From: Alphaproteobacteria bacterium
GTDB taxonomy: Bacteria > Pseudomonadota > Alphaproteobacteria > Thalassobaculales > Thalassobaculaceae
DNA length: 64,000 nt
NCBI GenBank assembly: GCA_024742605.1
Contig: JANSYC010000002.1
Coordinates: 7,238-71,237, forward strand
Reading direction: 5' to 3'
Part shown: in pieces, positions 47,008 through 55,900 of the stretch
Numbering within the stretch: the first letter of the stretch is position 1
Layout of the letters: the number at the start of each line of letters is the position of its first letter
Made by a program: the position numbers and the translations under genes
The notes under the pieces: model-generated
Seen by the model: only the letters and a program-made list of their open reading frames with translations
Database searches by the model: none
Told to the model about the DNA's origin: nothing

Positions 47008-47925
47008 ATGAACGTCTATCTTCCCATCGCCGAGATGTCGGTGAACATTTTCCTCATTCTCGGAATGGGAGGTGTTGTGGGCGTTCTCTCCGGTCTGTTC
47101 GGCGTTGGCGGAGGCTTCTTGCTCACCCCGCTGCTGATCTTCATCGGCGTTCCACCGGCGGTGGCCGTCGGCACCCAGGCCAATCAGATCGTCGCATCGT
47201 CGGTCTCGGGTGTGATCGCCCACTGGCGCCGTGGCAATGTCGACTTCCGAATGGGTGGCGTGCTGCTGGTTGGCGGTATCGCAGGGTCCGTCGTCGGCGT
47301 TGGGGTCTTTGCGTGGTTACGGTCGCTCGGGCATATCGATCTGACGATCAAGCTCTGCTACGTGGTGTTCCTGGGAATCATCGGAAGCTTGATGCTGAAC
47401 GAGAGCATCCGAGCCATCCTACAATCCCGGCGCCCCGGCGGACGTCGGCGCAAGCTGCACCAGCACACGTGGTTTCACGGCCTCCCGCTCAAAATGCGGT
47501 TTCGCCGTTCGAAGCTTTACATCAGCGCGCTTCTACCGCTCGGAGTCGGCGTTTTCGTGGGCTTGCTAGCCGCGGTCATGGGGGTTGGCGGGGGCTTTAT
47601 CATGGTCCCTGCGATGATCTATCTGCTCGGCATGCCGACCAGTGTCGTCGTCGGAACATCGTTGTTCCAGATCATTTTCGTGACCGCGAATGTCACCTTC
47701 CTTCAGGCGGTCAACACCCAGACGGTGGACGTCCTGCTCGCGCTGCTCCTTCTGATCGGTGGCGTGATCGGGGCACCGATCGGCACCCGCCTCGGCACGA
47801 AGCTAAAAGGCGAGCAACTCCGCGGGTTGCTGGCCTTCATGGTGCTCGCCGTCTGCCTCAAGCTTGGCTACGATTTGGTGATCACGCCTGAGGATCTCTA
47901 TTCTATCAGCGTGCCGGACTCGTGA
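47008..47925 (+). CDS. TauE/SafE (TSUP, DUF81) family anion exporter-like membrane protein
   Basis: LGMGGVVGVLSGLFGVGGGFLLTPLL and a second repeat LLAAVMGVGGGFIMVPAMIYLLGMP. Start set at MNVYLPI inside track ORF 46960..47925. Confidence 0.8.
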   Translation: MNVYLPIAEMSVNIFLILGMGGVVGVLSGLFGVGGGFLLTPLLIFIGVPPAVAVGTQANQIVASSVSGVIAHWRRGNVDFRMGGVLLVGGIAGSVVGVGVFAWLRSLGHIDLTIKLCYVVFLGIIGSLMLNESIRAILQSRRPGGRRRKLHQHTWFHGLPLKMRFRRSKLYISALLPLGVGVFVGLLAAVMGVGGGFIMVPAMIYLLGMPTSVVVGTSLFQIIFVTANVTFLQAVNTQTVDVLLALLLLIGGVIGAPIGTRLGTKLKGEQLRGLLAFMVLAVCLKLGYDLVITPEDLYSISVPDS

Positions 47926-48725
47926 TCATGCACCATGCCCCCTTAAGATCTCCCAAGGACGGAATTCTTAGGACGACAATGCTCGGGGCACTTGTGGTCC
48001 TCGCGGTCCTGATGACAGCTGCGCCCGCCACACCGGCACGCGCGCAAAACCTGGTCTCGGACCTCTCCAACCACCTGGTTGCAATCACCAGCGATTTCAC
48101 CGGAGCCGAGGTCCTGCTCTTCGGATCCATCGCCGCGGAAGGAGATATCGTGGTCACCGTGGCAGGTCCCCGAGTTCCCGTGGTCGTCCGCCGCAAGCAA
48201 CGTGTGCTCGGCATCTGGATGAATACGGATTCAATTGAATTCCAAAACGCACCGGCCTTCTACGCCGTCGCCTCGACCCGGCCGATCACGGAGATCGCAA
48301 ACGCCGATGTCCAAGCACGTCAGGAAATGGGCGTGGAACATCTGGCGATCCGGTCCGTTGTGGACGGCGATTTCTCCCCTGAGGAGATCACCGCGTTCCG
48401 GCAAGGTCTGATCCGCAACAAGATCAAGCAGGGCCTCTACAAACCGGATGTCGAGCCAATCCAGGTGTTGTCGGATCGGTTGTTCCGGACGATGATCGAT
48501 CTGCCGTCCAATCCGCTAACCGGCACATACACGGTCAGCGTATATCTGATTCAGAACGGCACCGTCGTCGAAGCGCAGACCAACCCGCTGATCGTCTCGA
48601 AGACCGGGATTGGGGCGGATATTTTCCTGTTCGCGCATACGGATTCGGCCGCCTACGGAATTCTCGCGATTCTGGCCGCGATTGCGGCGGGCTGGCTTGC
48701 AGCCGCCATCTTTCGTAAAATCTAG
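47922..48725 (+). CDS. TIGR02186 / Alph_Pro_TM family membrane protein
   Basis: 267 aa with signal peptide. LVSDLSNHLVAITSDFTGAEVLLFG...VVVRRK.RVLGIWMN...F.TMIDLP.N...G.Y.V.VYL..NG and a C-terminal TM match my memory of this alphaproteobacterial family. Start overlaps the tauE-like stop (GTGA). Confidence 0.7.
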   Translation: MIMHHAPLRSPKDGILRTTMLGALVVLAVLMTAAPATPARAQNLVSDLSNHLVAITSDFTGAEVLLFGSIAAEGDIVVTVAGPRVPVVVRRKQRVLGIWMNTDSIEFQNAPAFYAVASTRPITEIANADVQARQEMGVEHLAIRSVVDGDFSPEEITAFRQGLIRNKIKQGLYKPDVEPIQVLSDRLFRTMIDLPSNPLTGTYTVSVYLIQNGTVVEAQTNPLIVSKTGIGADIFLFAHTDSAAYGILAILAAIAAGWLAAAIFRKI

Positions 48726-48746
48726 GTCGAGCAACCGGAAACGACC

Positions 48747-49289
48747 ATGCAAAGCAGCGATGACACCTCCCGCGAAAGCGGCGATACGGGTTCTGGTAAC
48801 CGGCCGACAGCCGCCTCCCATGACGGCGCTGCACGCGTCTTTCTCGTGGTTGTCGATGACAGCGAAGAAATGAACGTGGCCCTGCGCTTTGCTTGTCAAC
48901 GAGCCAAGCATACCGGGGGCCGCGTCGCGCTGTTCCGAGCTGTGGAACCGGTCGAGTTCCAGCATTGGATGGGAGTCGGTGAATTGATGCGGGAAGAAGC
49001 CCGTGCCGAGGCTGAAGATCTGATGGAGCGGTTGAGCGAACAGGTCCACAACATCTCGGGTGCCATTCCGGTCGTCTACATCCGAGAGGGACCGGTCCGC
49101 GAAGAGCTCATGAAGCTGATCGACGAGGAAACCCAGATCTCAATCCTGGTTCTGGGCGCGGCCAGCGGCACGGACGGCCCCGGACCCCTGGTCAATTATC
49201 TGTCCACCAAGGGCGCATCCAGTCTCGCCATTCCGATCACAATCGTTCCGGGCACGTTGACCGACGAACAGATCGACATGTTGACCTGA
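48747..49289 (+). CDS. Universal stress protein (UspA) family protein
   Basis: 180 aa. VFLVVVDDSEE...ILVLGA...PITIVPG pattern of the USP alpha/beta fold. Confidence 0.7.
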   Translation: MQSSDDTSRESGDTGSGNRPTAASHDGAARVFLVVVDDSEEMNVALRFACQRAKHTGGRVALFRAVEPVEFQHWMGVGELMREEARAEAEDLMERLSEQVHNISGAIPVVYIREGPVREELMKLIDEETQISILVLGAASGTDGPGPLVNYLSTKGASSLAIPITIVPGTLTDEQIDMLT

Positions 49290-49292
49290 AGG

Positions 49293-50678
49293 TCAGGATT
49301 CGGGCGGGCCGAGAAGCGACCGCGCCGAGGGCAGAGCCACGGTAACCTGAGTCCCTTTGCCGACCTCGCTCGAGATGCTGAGAAATCCGCCGTGAAGTTC
49401 CGCGATGCGTTTGGAGAGGGTCAAGCCAAGCCCGAGACCTTTATGGACGCCGGACCGATCCCGCATGATCTGGGTATATGGCTCAAGAGCGCGCCTCGCC
49501 TCCTCCTGGGACATTCCGATGCCGGTATCGATAACATGGACCCGCGTCTCCCCAAGATCGGTCCTCTCCGCTCGAAGCGTCACAGTGCCGCCGCGTGGGG
49601 TGAATTGCAGCGCATTGGCTCCCAGATTGATGACGATCTGCCGAAGCTTGGTCGGATCTCCGAGAATCCATAGGGCCTCAGCGCTCTTTTCGAGCGTCAG
49701 TTCCACCCCAGCCTCCTGGGCGGACTTCCCCAGCATTGTGAAGCAGGACGTGAGCAGGCGCTGCAGATCCAGACTATCTTCCGAAAGCGCCAGTTCAGCC
49801 GTGTCGGTGCGGGAGAATTCCAGAATGTCCTGAATCAAATTGAGCAAATGGCGTCCGCTTTCCGCGATCAAAGATGCGTAGGTCTTATAGCGCCGATCTC
49901 CGAGCTGCCCCCAAATCTCGGCGTCGATCGATTGGGCGAAACCGATGATCGCATTGAGCGGTGTCCTCAGTTCGTGCCCAATATTTGCAAAACTGTCACT
50001 CCGAAACCTCTCGGCTTCGACAAGGCGGGCATGCGCCGCCTGGAGATCCACATGCAGGGCCGCGTTCTCCTGCCGTAACCTGAGCCCCGTTTCCAGGGCA
50101 CGCGCTGTCTGGCGCCCCCAGGTCACGGCAACCACCAAATAGATCAGGCCCATTCCGGCAAGCGCGACCTGCGCCTCCCCCCCGGCGATGAGCAGCCCGA
50201 TGATTGGTCCGAGAGCCGTCGGCAGGGCATAGGCACAAAACGTTTTGAAACTTGCGGTCATGGAGAAGATCGCGCCCGCGATCATGCCACACGCCGCGAT
50301 TGTCACAGCCCCTTCGACCTCGACAGCCAAGTCGTAGCCTGCGATTGCCACTCCGGCCAGCCCCCACAGCGCACCGTTCGCGCCGACCAATAGCATCATC
50401 CGATTTTCCCAATCGGTCGGGGTCAGCGACGTCTCTCGGATCGAATTTCGAAGCTTCCGTAAGCCAAAACGCAGAGCCGCCAGCAGACTCATCCCGGCAA
50501 GCCAGCCAAGCAAGGCGAGGTCAGGCAACGAGCCCCACGCCAGGAAGACCAAAAGCCCCGCCACAGCTGGGTTGGTCAACGCGGTATAAGGCGTGACGTA
50601 GAGTTGATCGATACGTGAACTCTGAACTTGATTGTCGGGCGCGCCGCTTTGCCAAGATAAATCTCTTTCCGGCACCAT
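49293..50678 (-). CDS. Membrane-bound sensor histidine kinase (HisKA + HATPase_c), no adjacent response regulator
   Basis: 461 aa with multiple N-terminal TM helices. H-box FANIGHELRTPLNAIIGF, N-box LGANALQFT, G-boxes DTGIGM / GLGLGLTLSK. Confidence 0.85.
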   Translation of the reverse strand: MVPERDLSWQSGAPDNQVQSSRIDQLYVTPYTALTNPAVAGLLVFLAWGSLPDLALLGWLAGMSLLAALRFGLRKLRNSIRETSLTPTDWENRMMLLVGANGALWGLAGVAIAGYDLAVEVEGAVTIAACGMIAGAIFSMTASFKTFCAYALPTALGPIIGLLIAGGEAQVALAGMGLIYLVVAVTWGRQTARALETGLRLRQENAALHVDLQAAHARLVEAERFRSDSFANIGHELRTPLNAIIGFAQSIDAEIWGQLGDRRYKTYASLIAESGRHLLNLIQDILEFSRTDTAELALSEDSLDLQRLLTSCFTMLGKSAQEAGVELTLEKSAEALWILGDPTKLRQIVINLGANALQFTPRGGTVTLRAERTDLGETRVHVIDTGIGMSQEEARRALEPYTQIMRDRSGVHKGLGLGLTLSKRIAELHGGFLSISSEVGKGTQVTVALPSARSLLGPPES

Positions 50679-50868
50679 GCTCAGACACCCCGATCATGAA
50701 GCGCTGCACAAAAACCATACATTGAAGCGCCTCTGTTCCTTATTTGAAGCGGGGGTCACTTGGCAAAGAAATATATCAACTTAGTGAGGAAAGGCAGCCT
50801 GTCCCCCCCGGTGCCATCCGTCGTACATTGCGAATCAGTTCTCGAAACCATCACCCCTCAGGTCCTGA

Positions 50869-51825
50869 ATGTCCCTATTTCCCGCTCCGAGAGACGTGAC
50901 AGCAGACGTTTTCGCACGTGTTCCGGACAGTCTGCGCAAACGAACCTCTTCGGCTTGGGCGGACGCCAATCGGCCCGGCCTGTCCTGCGACAGTTTCCTT
51001 GAGGGACCCAGTTTTGACCGGACCGGTAATCTTTATCTCGTCGATGTCGCATTCGGGCGGATCTTCCGGGTTTCTCCGGACGGTGCCCGCTGGGACGTGG
51101 TCACCGAGTACGACGGCTGGCCAAACGGTCTGAAGATCCACGAGGACGGGCGTCTGTTCGTGACCGACTACCGGCGCGGACTCGTCATCGTCGACCCCAA
51201 GACGGGTAAGGTGGAGGATTTGATCACGCATCGGTTTTCCGAAGGTTTCATCGGGGCCAACGATCTGCATTTCGCCTCAAACGGGGACATTTTTTTCACC
51301 GATCAGGGCCAGACCGGTCTGCACGACCCGCGTGGGCGAGTCTACCGAATGCGGGCGACGGAGACGGGTTTCGGACCGCTCGAGCTGTTGATCTCGAACG
51401 GGCCCAGCCCGAACGGCCTGGTGCTTTCACCTGATGAACGCTCACTCTACGTCGCCATGACTCGGGCCAATGCGGTCTGGCGTCTGCCGCTCATGCTGGA
51501 TGACAGCATCTCCAAGGTTGGAATGTTCGTTCAGATGTCCGGCGGGACCGGTCCCGACGGCCTCGCGATCGACGCGACAGGAGGATTGGTGGTCGCCCAT
51601 GTGGGCATGGGGGCCGCCTGGCATTTCTCTCCGCTTGGCGAACCGCTGCACCGCATCCGCTCTCCTGCAAAACTTGGGGGGCACGGGCCGAATGGCGAAG
51701 GTCTGGCGACCACCAACGTGGCGTTCGGCGGAGAGGACCGCCGGACGGTCTATCTGACGGAGAGCGAGACCGGAACGGTCTTGTCCGCCACCCTGCCGGT
51801 CGAGGGGAATCCGATGTTCGGCTGA
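50869..51825 (+). CDS. SMP-30/gluconolactonase/LRE family protein
   Basis: 318 aa. EGPSFDRTGNLYLVD...PNGLKI...NDLHF...G.I.FTDQG...PNGL.LSPDE..LYV six-blade propeller repeats. Confidence 0.8.
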   Translation: MSLFPAPRDVTADVFARVPDSLRKRTSSAWADANRPGLSCDSFLEGPSFDRTGNLYLVDVAFGRIFRVSPDGARWDVVTEYDGWPNGLKIHEDGRLFVTDYRRGLVIVDPKTGKVEDLITHRFSEGFIGANDLHFASNGDIFFTDQGQTGLHDPRGRVYRMRATETGFGPLELLISNGPSPNGLVLSPDERSLYVAMTRANAVWRLPLMLDDSISKVGMFVQMSGGTGPDGLAIDATGGLVVAHVGMGAAWHFSPLGEPLHRIRSPAKLGGHGPNGEGLATTNVAFGGEDRRTVYLTESETGTVLSATLPVEGNPMFG

Positions 51826-51889
51826 GCTTGCCCGGCTCGCTCGCAGCCGCTAGACCGAAGCTGATTTCGCTCCAATGAGAGGTTCCGAC

Positions 51890-52822
51890 ATGCCCGCCGT
51901 CCTGTTCAGATCCGGAAACGACAATCCCGTTGCCTGGCGTGAGGCCCTGACCAAACGGATCCCAGGTTTGGACCTGCGGGTGTATCCCGATATCGGGAAT
52001 CCCGAGGAGATCGACTTCGCGCTGGTCTGGAAAGCCCCGCGCGGAACCTTCAATGGCATGACGAACCTGAAGGCGATCTGCTCGCTGGGGCAGGGTGTCG
52101 ATCACATCTTCGATGACCCGGACTTGCCGGATGGACCGCAGATCGTCCGCATCGTCGATCCGTGGATGGCGCGGGCGATGGCGGAATGGGTGCTGTTGCA
52201 GGTACTCCGGTTCCACCGCCAGGGACCGGCCTATGAGCAAGCCCAGAAGGACCGGCGGTGGATCAAGCTGGATGCCGAAGAAACCTCGACCCGCCGGATC
52301 GGGATCATGGGCATGGGAGCGCTCGGCGCCGAGGCTGCCCGGGTGATTTCCGCCCTCGGATTTGATGTCGCGGGGTGGAGTCGGAGCCGGAAGGACATCC
52401 CAGGTGTAAGAAGCTTTGCCGGGACTGAGGAGATGGACGCGTTTCTCGGCCGCACCGATATCCTCTGTTGCCTGCTGCCCCTGACACCCGAGACGACGGA
52501 TCTGATCGACGCCGGAATGCTGGGGAAACTTCCGTCGGGCGCCTTTGTTGTGAACTCTGGCCGCGGCGCGCAACTGGTCGAGGAGGACCTTCTGGCCGCG
52601 CTCGACAGCGGACATATCGCAGGCGCGGCCCTCGACGTGTTCCGGGTCGAACCGTTACCGGAGACGCACCCGTTCTGGACTCACCCCAGGGTCCAGGTCT
52701 GGCCCCATGTCTCGGCCCAGACCAATGCGGACAGCGCCGCCGACCAGATTGCCGAGAACATCCGCAGGCTGCGCGCCGGACAGGACCTGCTCAACACCGT
52801 CGGCCGGGGCCGGGGCTACTGA
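51890..52822 (+). CDS. ghrA: Glyoxylate/hydroxypyruvate reductase A-like D-2-hydroxyacid dehydrogenase (copy 1)
   Basis: Collinear with my recollection of E. coli GhrA (FALVW...LKAI.SLGQGVD...IGIMGMGALG...GWSRSRK..PGV.SFAG.EE...LLPLTPET...GRG..LVE.DLLAALDSG...GA.LDVF..EPLP..HP.W.HPRV...PH...RGY). The track ORF begins 5 codons upstream. Confidence 0.8.
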   Translation: MPAVLFRSGNDNPVAWREALTKRIPGLDLRVYPDIGNPEEIDFALVWKAPRGTFNGMTNLKAICSLGQGVDHIFDDPDLPDGPQIVRIVDPWMARAMAEWVLLQVLRFHRQGPAYEQAQKDRRWIKLDAEETSTRRIGIMGMGALGAEAARVISALGFDVAGWSRSRKDIPGVRSFAGTEEMDAFLGRTDILCCLLPLTPETTDLIDAGMLGKLPSGAFVVNSGRGAQLVEEDLLAALDSGHIAGAALDVFRVEPLPETHPFWTHPRVQVWPHVSAQTNADSAADQIAENIRRLRAGQDLLNTVGRGRGY

Positions 52823-53784
52823 TGCCCGCATTGTCGGCACCGAAAATCCTGGTCCACGTTCGAAATACCGACGCGACCGACTGGATCGACGGGATCAAAC
52901 GCTGGGCGCCGGACATCGAGGCGGTGCAACTTGCTGACGACCGGCTCCCGGATGGACTTGATCCGGCGTCGATAGATATTTCGGTATGTTGGCGGATGCC
53001 GCATGGCCTGCACGCACAGCTCCCGAATCTTAAGCTGATCCAGTCGATGGCCGCGGGGGTGGACCACATCCTGTCGGATCCCCGCAGGCCCGCGGAGGTT
53101 GCAATCGCCCGCCTGGTGGACCCGTGGATGGCCCGGTCCATGACCCACCACGTGGTCAGTCAGATCCTGCGCTGGCACCGGACGCTGGATCGGTTCGATG
53201 CCTGCAAGGCCGAAGAAAGCTGGCCCACAAACGTGATCTTCGATCCGGATGCGGTCTCGATCGGCATTCTCGGCATGGGCGTCCTGGGCCAGGCCGCCGC
53301 CCGCGCCCTTTCGGCGCTCGGCTTTCCGGTCAAAGGCTGGTCCCGATCCCCGAAATCGGTGGAGGGGATCGACGTGCTGAACGGCGCCGACGGACTGGAC
53401 GGGATCGTTCGGACGTCAAACGCAGTGGTCTGTCTGCTCCCGTTGACCACCGAAACCGCAGATATCCTGAATGCGGACCTGTTCGCCAAAATGCCGTCCG
53501 GCGGGTTTCTGCTGAATGTGGGGCGTGGCGGACATGTGGTTGAGGCGGACCTGCTGGCCGCACTCGAGAGCGGTCAACTTGAGGCCGCATCGCTCGATGT
53601 GTTCCGAACCGAGCCACTGCCGAAAGGCCATCCGTTCTGGCGGCACCCGAAGATCTGGCCGACCCCGCATATCGCCAGCGAAATCAACCTACCGACCGCC
53701 ACCCGTGCGTTCGCAGAAACCATCCGGCGGGTCCGCGCGGGCGAAGTGCCGGATGGCTTGATCGATCCTGAGAAGGGCTACTGA
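52822..53784 (+). CDS. GhrA-like D-2-hydroxyacid dehydrogenase (tandem paralog, copy 2)
   Basis: MPALSAPKILVH... through ...EKGY, same architecture as copy 1 (IGILGMGVLG, GWSRSPK, LLPLTTET, GRGGHVVEADLLAALESG, LDVFRTEPLP). ATG overlaps the stop of copy 1 (TGATG). The upstream part of track ORF 52468.. is an out-of-frame extension over copy 1. Confidence 0.8.
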   Translation: MPALSAPKILVHVRNTDATDWIDGIKRWAPDIEAVQLADDRLPDGLDPASIDISVCWRMPHGLHAQLPNLKLIQSMAAGVDHILSDPRRPAEVAIARLVDPWMARSMTHHVVSQILRWHRTLDRFDACKAEESWPTNVIFDPDAVSIGILGMGVLGQAAARALSALGFPVKGWSRSPKSVEGIDVLNGADGLDGIVRTSNAVVCLLPLTTETADILNADLFAKMPSGGFLLNVGRGGHVVEADLLAALESGQLEAASLDVFRTEPLPKGHPFWRHPKIWPTPHIASEINLPTATRAFAETIRRVRAGEVPDGLIDPEKGY

Positions 53785-53791
53785 GCCGCCG

Positions 53792-55039
53792 TTACAGGCA
53801 GACCATCTCCAGCGGCGGGAAGCCGTTGAAGCCGACCGAGGAATAGGTCGAGGTATAAGCGCCGGTCGAGAGGATCAGCACCTCGTCACCGGCGGTGAGC
53901 GACACCGGCAGGCGGTAGTCCGCATGCTCGTACATCACATCGGCGCTGTCACAGCTCGGCCCCGCGAGAACCACGCGCCCGGTCTCGGCACTCTCGCCAT
54001 CCCGGGAGGTTTCCAGACGGTATTTGATCGCCTCGCCCATGGTCTCGGCCAGGCCGGAGAACATTCCGATATCGAGGAACACCCAGCGCACGTCCTCGCT
54101 CGCATCCTTGCGGCTGACCAACACCACCTCGGAACGGATCACACCGGCATCCCCGACCAGACCCCGGCCCGGCTCGGCAATAGTCGTGATTTCGCGGTTG
54201 CCGAACCGGCGGGCGAGTGCGTCGCGGATCGCGTCGCCATAGGCTTCGGCGCCACGCACATCGTTGCGGTACTTGGCCGGAAAGCCGCCGCCGAGATTGA
54301 CGAGGTCCAGATGGATACCCTTGCGGTCCAAGCGCTCGAACATCGCCGCCACCTCGGCCAAGACCGCGTCCCAGGCGCTCAGATCGGCCTGCTGGCTGCC
54401 GACATGGAAGGACACACCACGCGGGTTCAAGCCGAGTTCACGCGCACGGAACAGCAGCTCTTCCGCCATCTCCGGGGTGCAGCCGAACTTGCGGGACAGC
54501 GGCCACTCCGCGCCCTCGCCTTTGGTCAGAATTCGGACGAACACATCGGCGCCGGGGGCGGCGCGGGCGATCTTCTCAAGTTCCTCGTCCGCATCGACCG
54601 AGAACAGCGAGACACCCGCGGCATGTGCAAAAGCGATGTCACGCTCTTTCTTGATGGTATTACCGAAGGACAGGCGCGAGGCATCAATCCCGCAGGACAG
54701 GCACAGCTCGACCTCACCACGGCTGGCCACATCGAAACGGGATCCGAGGGCAGCCAGGCGCATAAGGATTTCACGGGCTGGATTGGCTTTAACCGCATAA
54801 TAGATCGCGGTCTCCGGCAGCGCCCAGGCGAGCTGAAGATAGTTCCAGTCGACGATGTCCAGATCCATCGCCAACACCGGATGGTCGTGCGGGGTCTCGG
54901 CAAAGAACCGGCGGATCTTTTCGCTCGCCTCACCCCGCTGCGGCGCGCTCGGCACGAGGCTGAGCGTCGGACGGGTTACGCGGAGATTTGCGGGTGAGCG
55001 GACGAAACGTACGTCGACGCCCGAATCGGGTTGCAGCAT
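53792..55039 (-). CDS. PLP-dependent ornithine decarboxylase (alanine-racemase-fold Orn/DAP/Arg decarboxylase family)
   Basis: YYAVKANP (PLP Lys), FDVASRGE, FHVGSQ, NLGGGFP, EPGR, GPSCDSAD, TGAYT motifs. ATG 55039 is preceded by AAGGGGGA. The track ORF extends to 55207. Confidence 0.85.
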   Translation of the reverse strand: MLQPDSGVDVRFVRSPANLRVTRPTLSLVPSAPQRGEASEKIRRFFAETPHDHPVLAMDLDIVDWNYLQLAWALPETAIYYAVKANPAREILMRLAALGSRFDVASRGEVELCLSCGIDASRLSFGNTIKKERDIAFAHAAGVSLFSVDADEELEKIARAAPGADVFVRILTKGEGAEWPLSRKFGCTPEMAEELLFRARELGLNPRGVSFHVGSQQADLSAWDAVLAEVAAMFERLDRKGIHLDLVNLGGGFPAKYRNDVRGAEAYGDAIRDALARRFGNREITTIAEPGRGLVGDAGVIRSEVVLVSRKDASEDVRWVFLDIGMFSGLAETMGEAIKYRLETSRDGESAETGRVVLAGPSCDSADVMYEHADYRLPVSLTAGDEVLILSTGAYTSTYSSVGFNGFPPLEMVCL

Positions 55040-55213
55040 CGGTGGGTTCCCCCTTCGCAACCGGCCAGTCATCCGAAGACGCCAACCGGGATTGTGAAAG
55101 AAGACGCTCCGTCGTTGCTTAACCTGCAGTGGGCCAGTGGCACGTGCGCTTGCGTCAGCGACCGAAACGTATGCGCGGCCGGTGTTGATATCAATAGGAA
55201 ATATCAAAAAAAT

Positions 55214-55900
55214 TCAAAGCCCAGACATGCGCGCCGCGAGGGTCTGCAGCCGGTACATCGTCAACGGGTCCAAAGGGGCATCACCGGCCACTTCCGGCAC
55301 CCAATGGAGCCGGAATGCGGCGAGCGTCGTCATGGGTGCATCCAGGGCGTACCCGATCGCCCGCAGCGCCGCCAGGGCGCGATCCTCGTCCAACTCCGGC
55401 CGTGCCGCACCGTCCACCCAAAACCCGACCCCGTCGGCCGCCAGACGCGCCCAGGGGAACTCCGGGCCCGGATCAACCTTACGGCCGACCGAGATATCCG
55501 AATGACCGAGAACGCCAGCGGGTCCGATCCGGTGGCGGAGCATGACGTCCTGGCACAGCAGACTGACCGCATCCATCTGAGGCCTCGGAAACGGGTGGGT
55601 CTCGAGTCCGGGACCCTGGTTCTGAATCTCGATGCCGATCGACCGGGAATTGATGTCGGTCTCTCCGGCCCAATAGGACAACCCGGCGTGCCAGGCGCGC
55701 TGGCTCTCGTCCACCAGGGACCAAATCTCGCCGTCAGTGTCGACGAGATAATGCGCGCTGACCTCGGCCGACGGATCGCACAGCCGGTCGAGTGCGGCTG
55801 CCGCGGTTTCCATCCCGGTGTAGTGCAGGATCACCAGACTGATCCGGTCGCCGCCTTTTCGGGGACCGAAATTCGGTGAGGGATGATGGCGAAATGTCAT
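55214..55900 (-). CDS. ampD: N-acetylmuramoyl-L-alanine amidase (Amidase_2, AmpD-like)
   Basis: SPNFGPR......LVILHYTGM...SAHYLV...G.I..LV.E..RAWHAG.S.W.G..D.N..SIGIEI.N.G strings of AmpD-type amidases. No signal peptide. Confidence 0.75.
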   Translation of the reverse strand: MTFRHHPSPNFGPRKGGDRISLVILHYTGMETAAAALDRLCDPSAEVSAHYLVDTDGEIWSLVDESQRAWHAGLSYWAGETDINSRSIGIEIQNQGPGLETHPFPRPQMDAVSLLCQDVMLRHRIGPAGVLGHSDISVGRKVDPGPEFPWARLAADGVGFWVDGAARPELDEDRALAALRAIGYALDAPMTTLAAFRLHWVPEVAGDAPLDPLTMYRLQTLAARMSGL

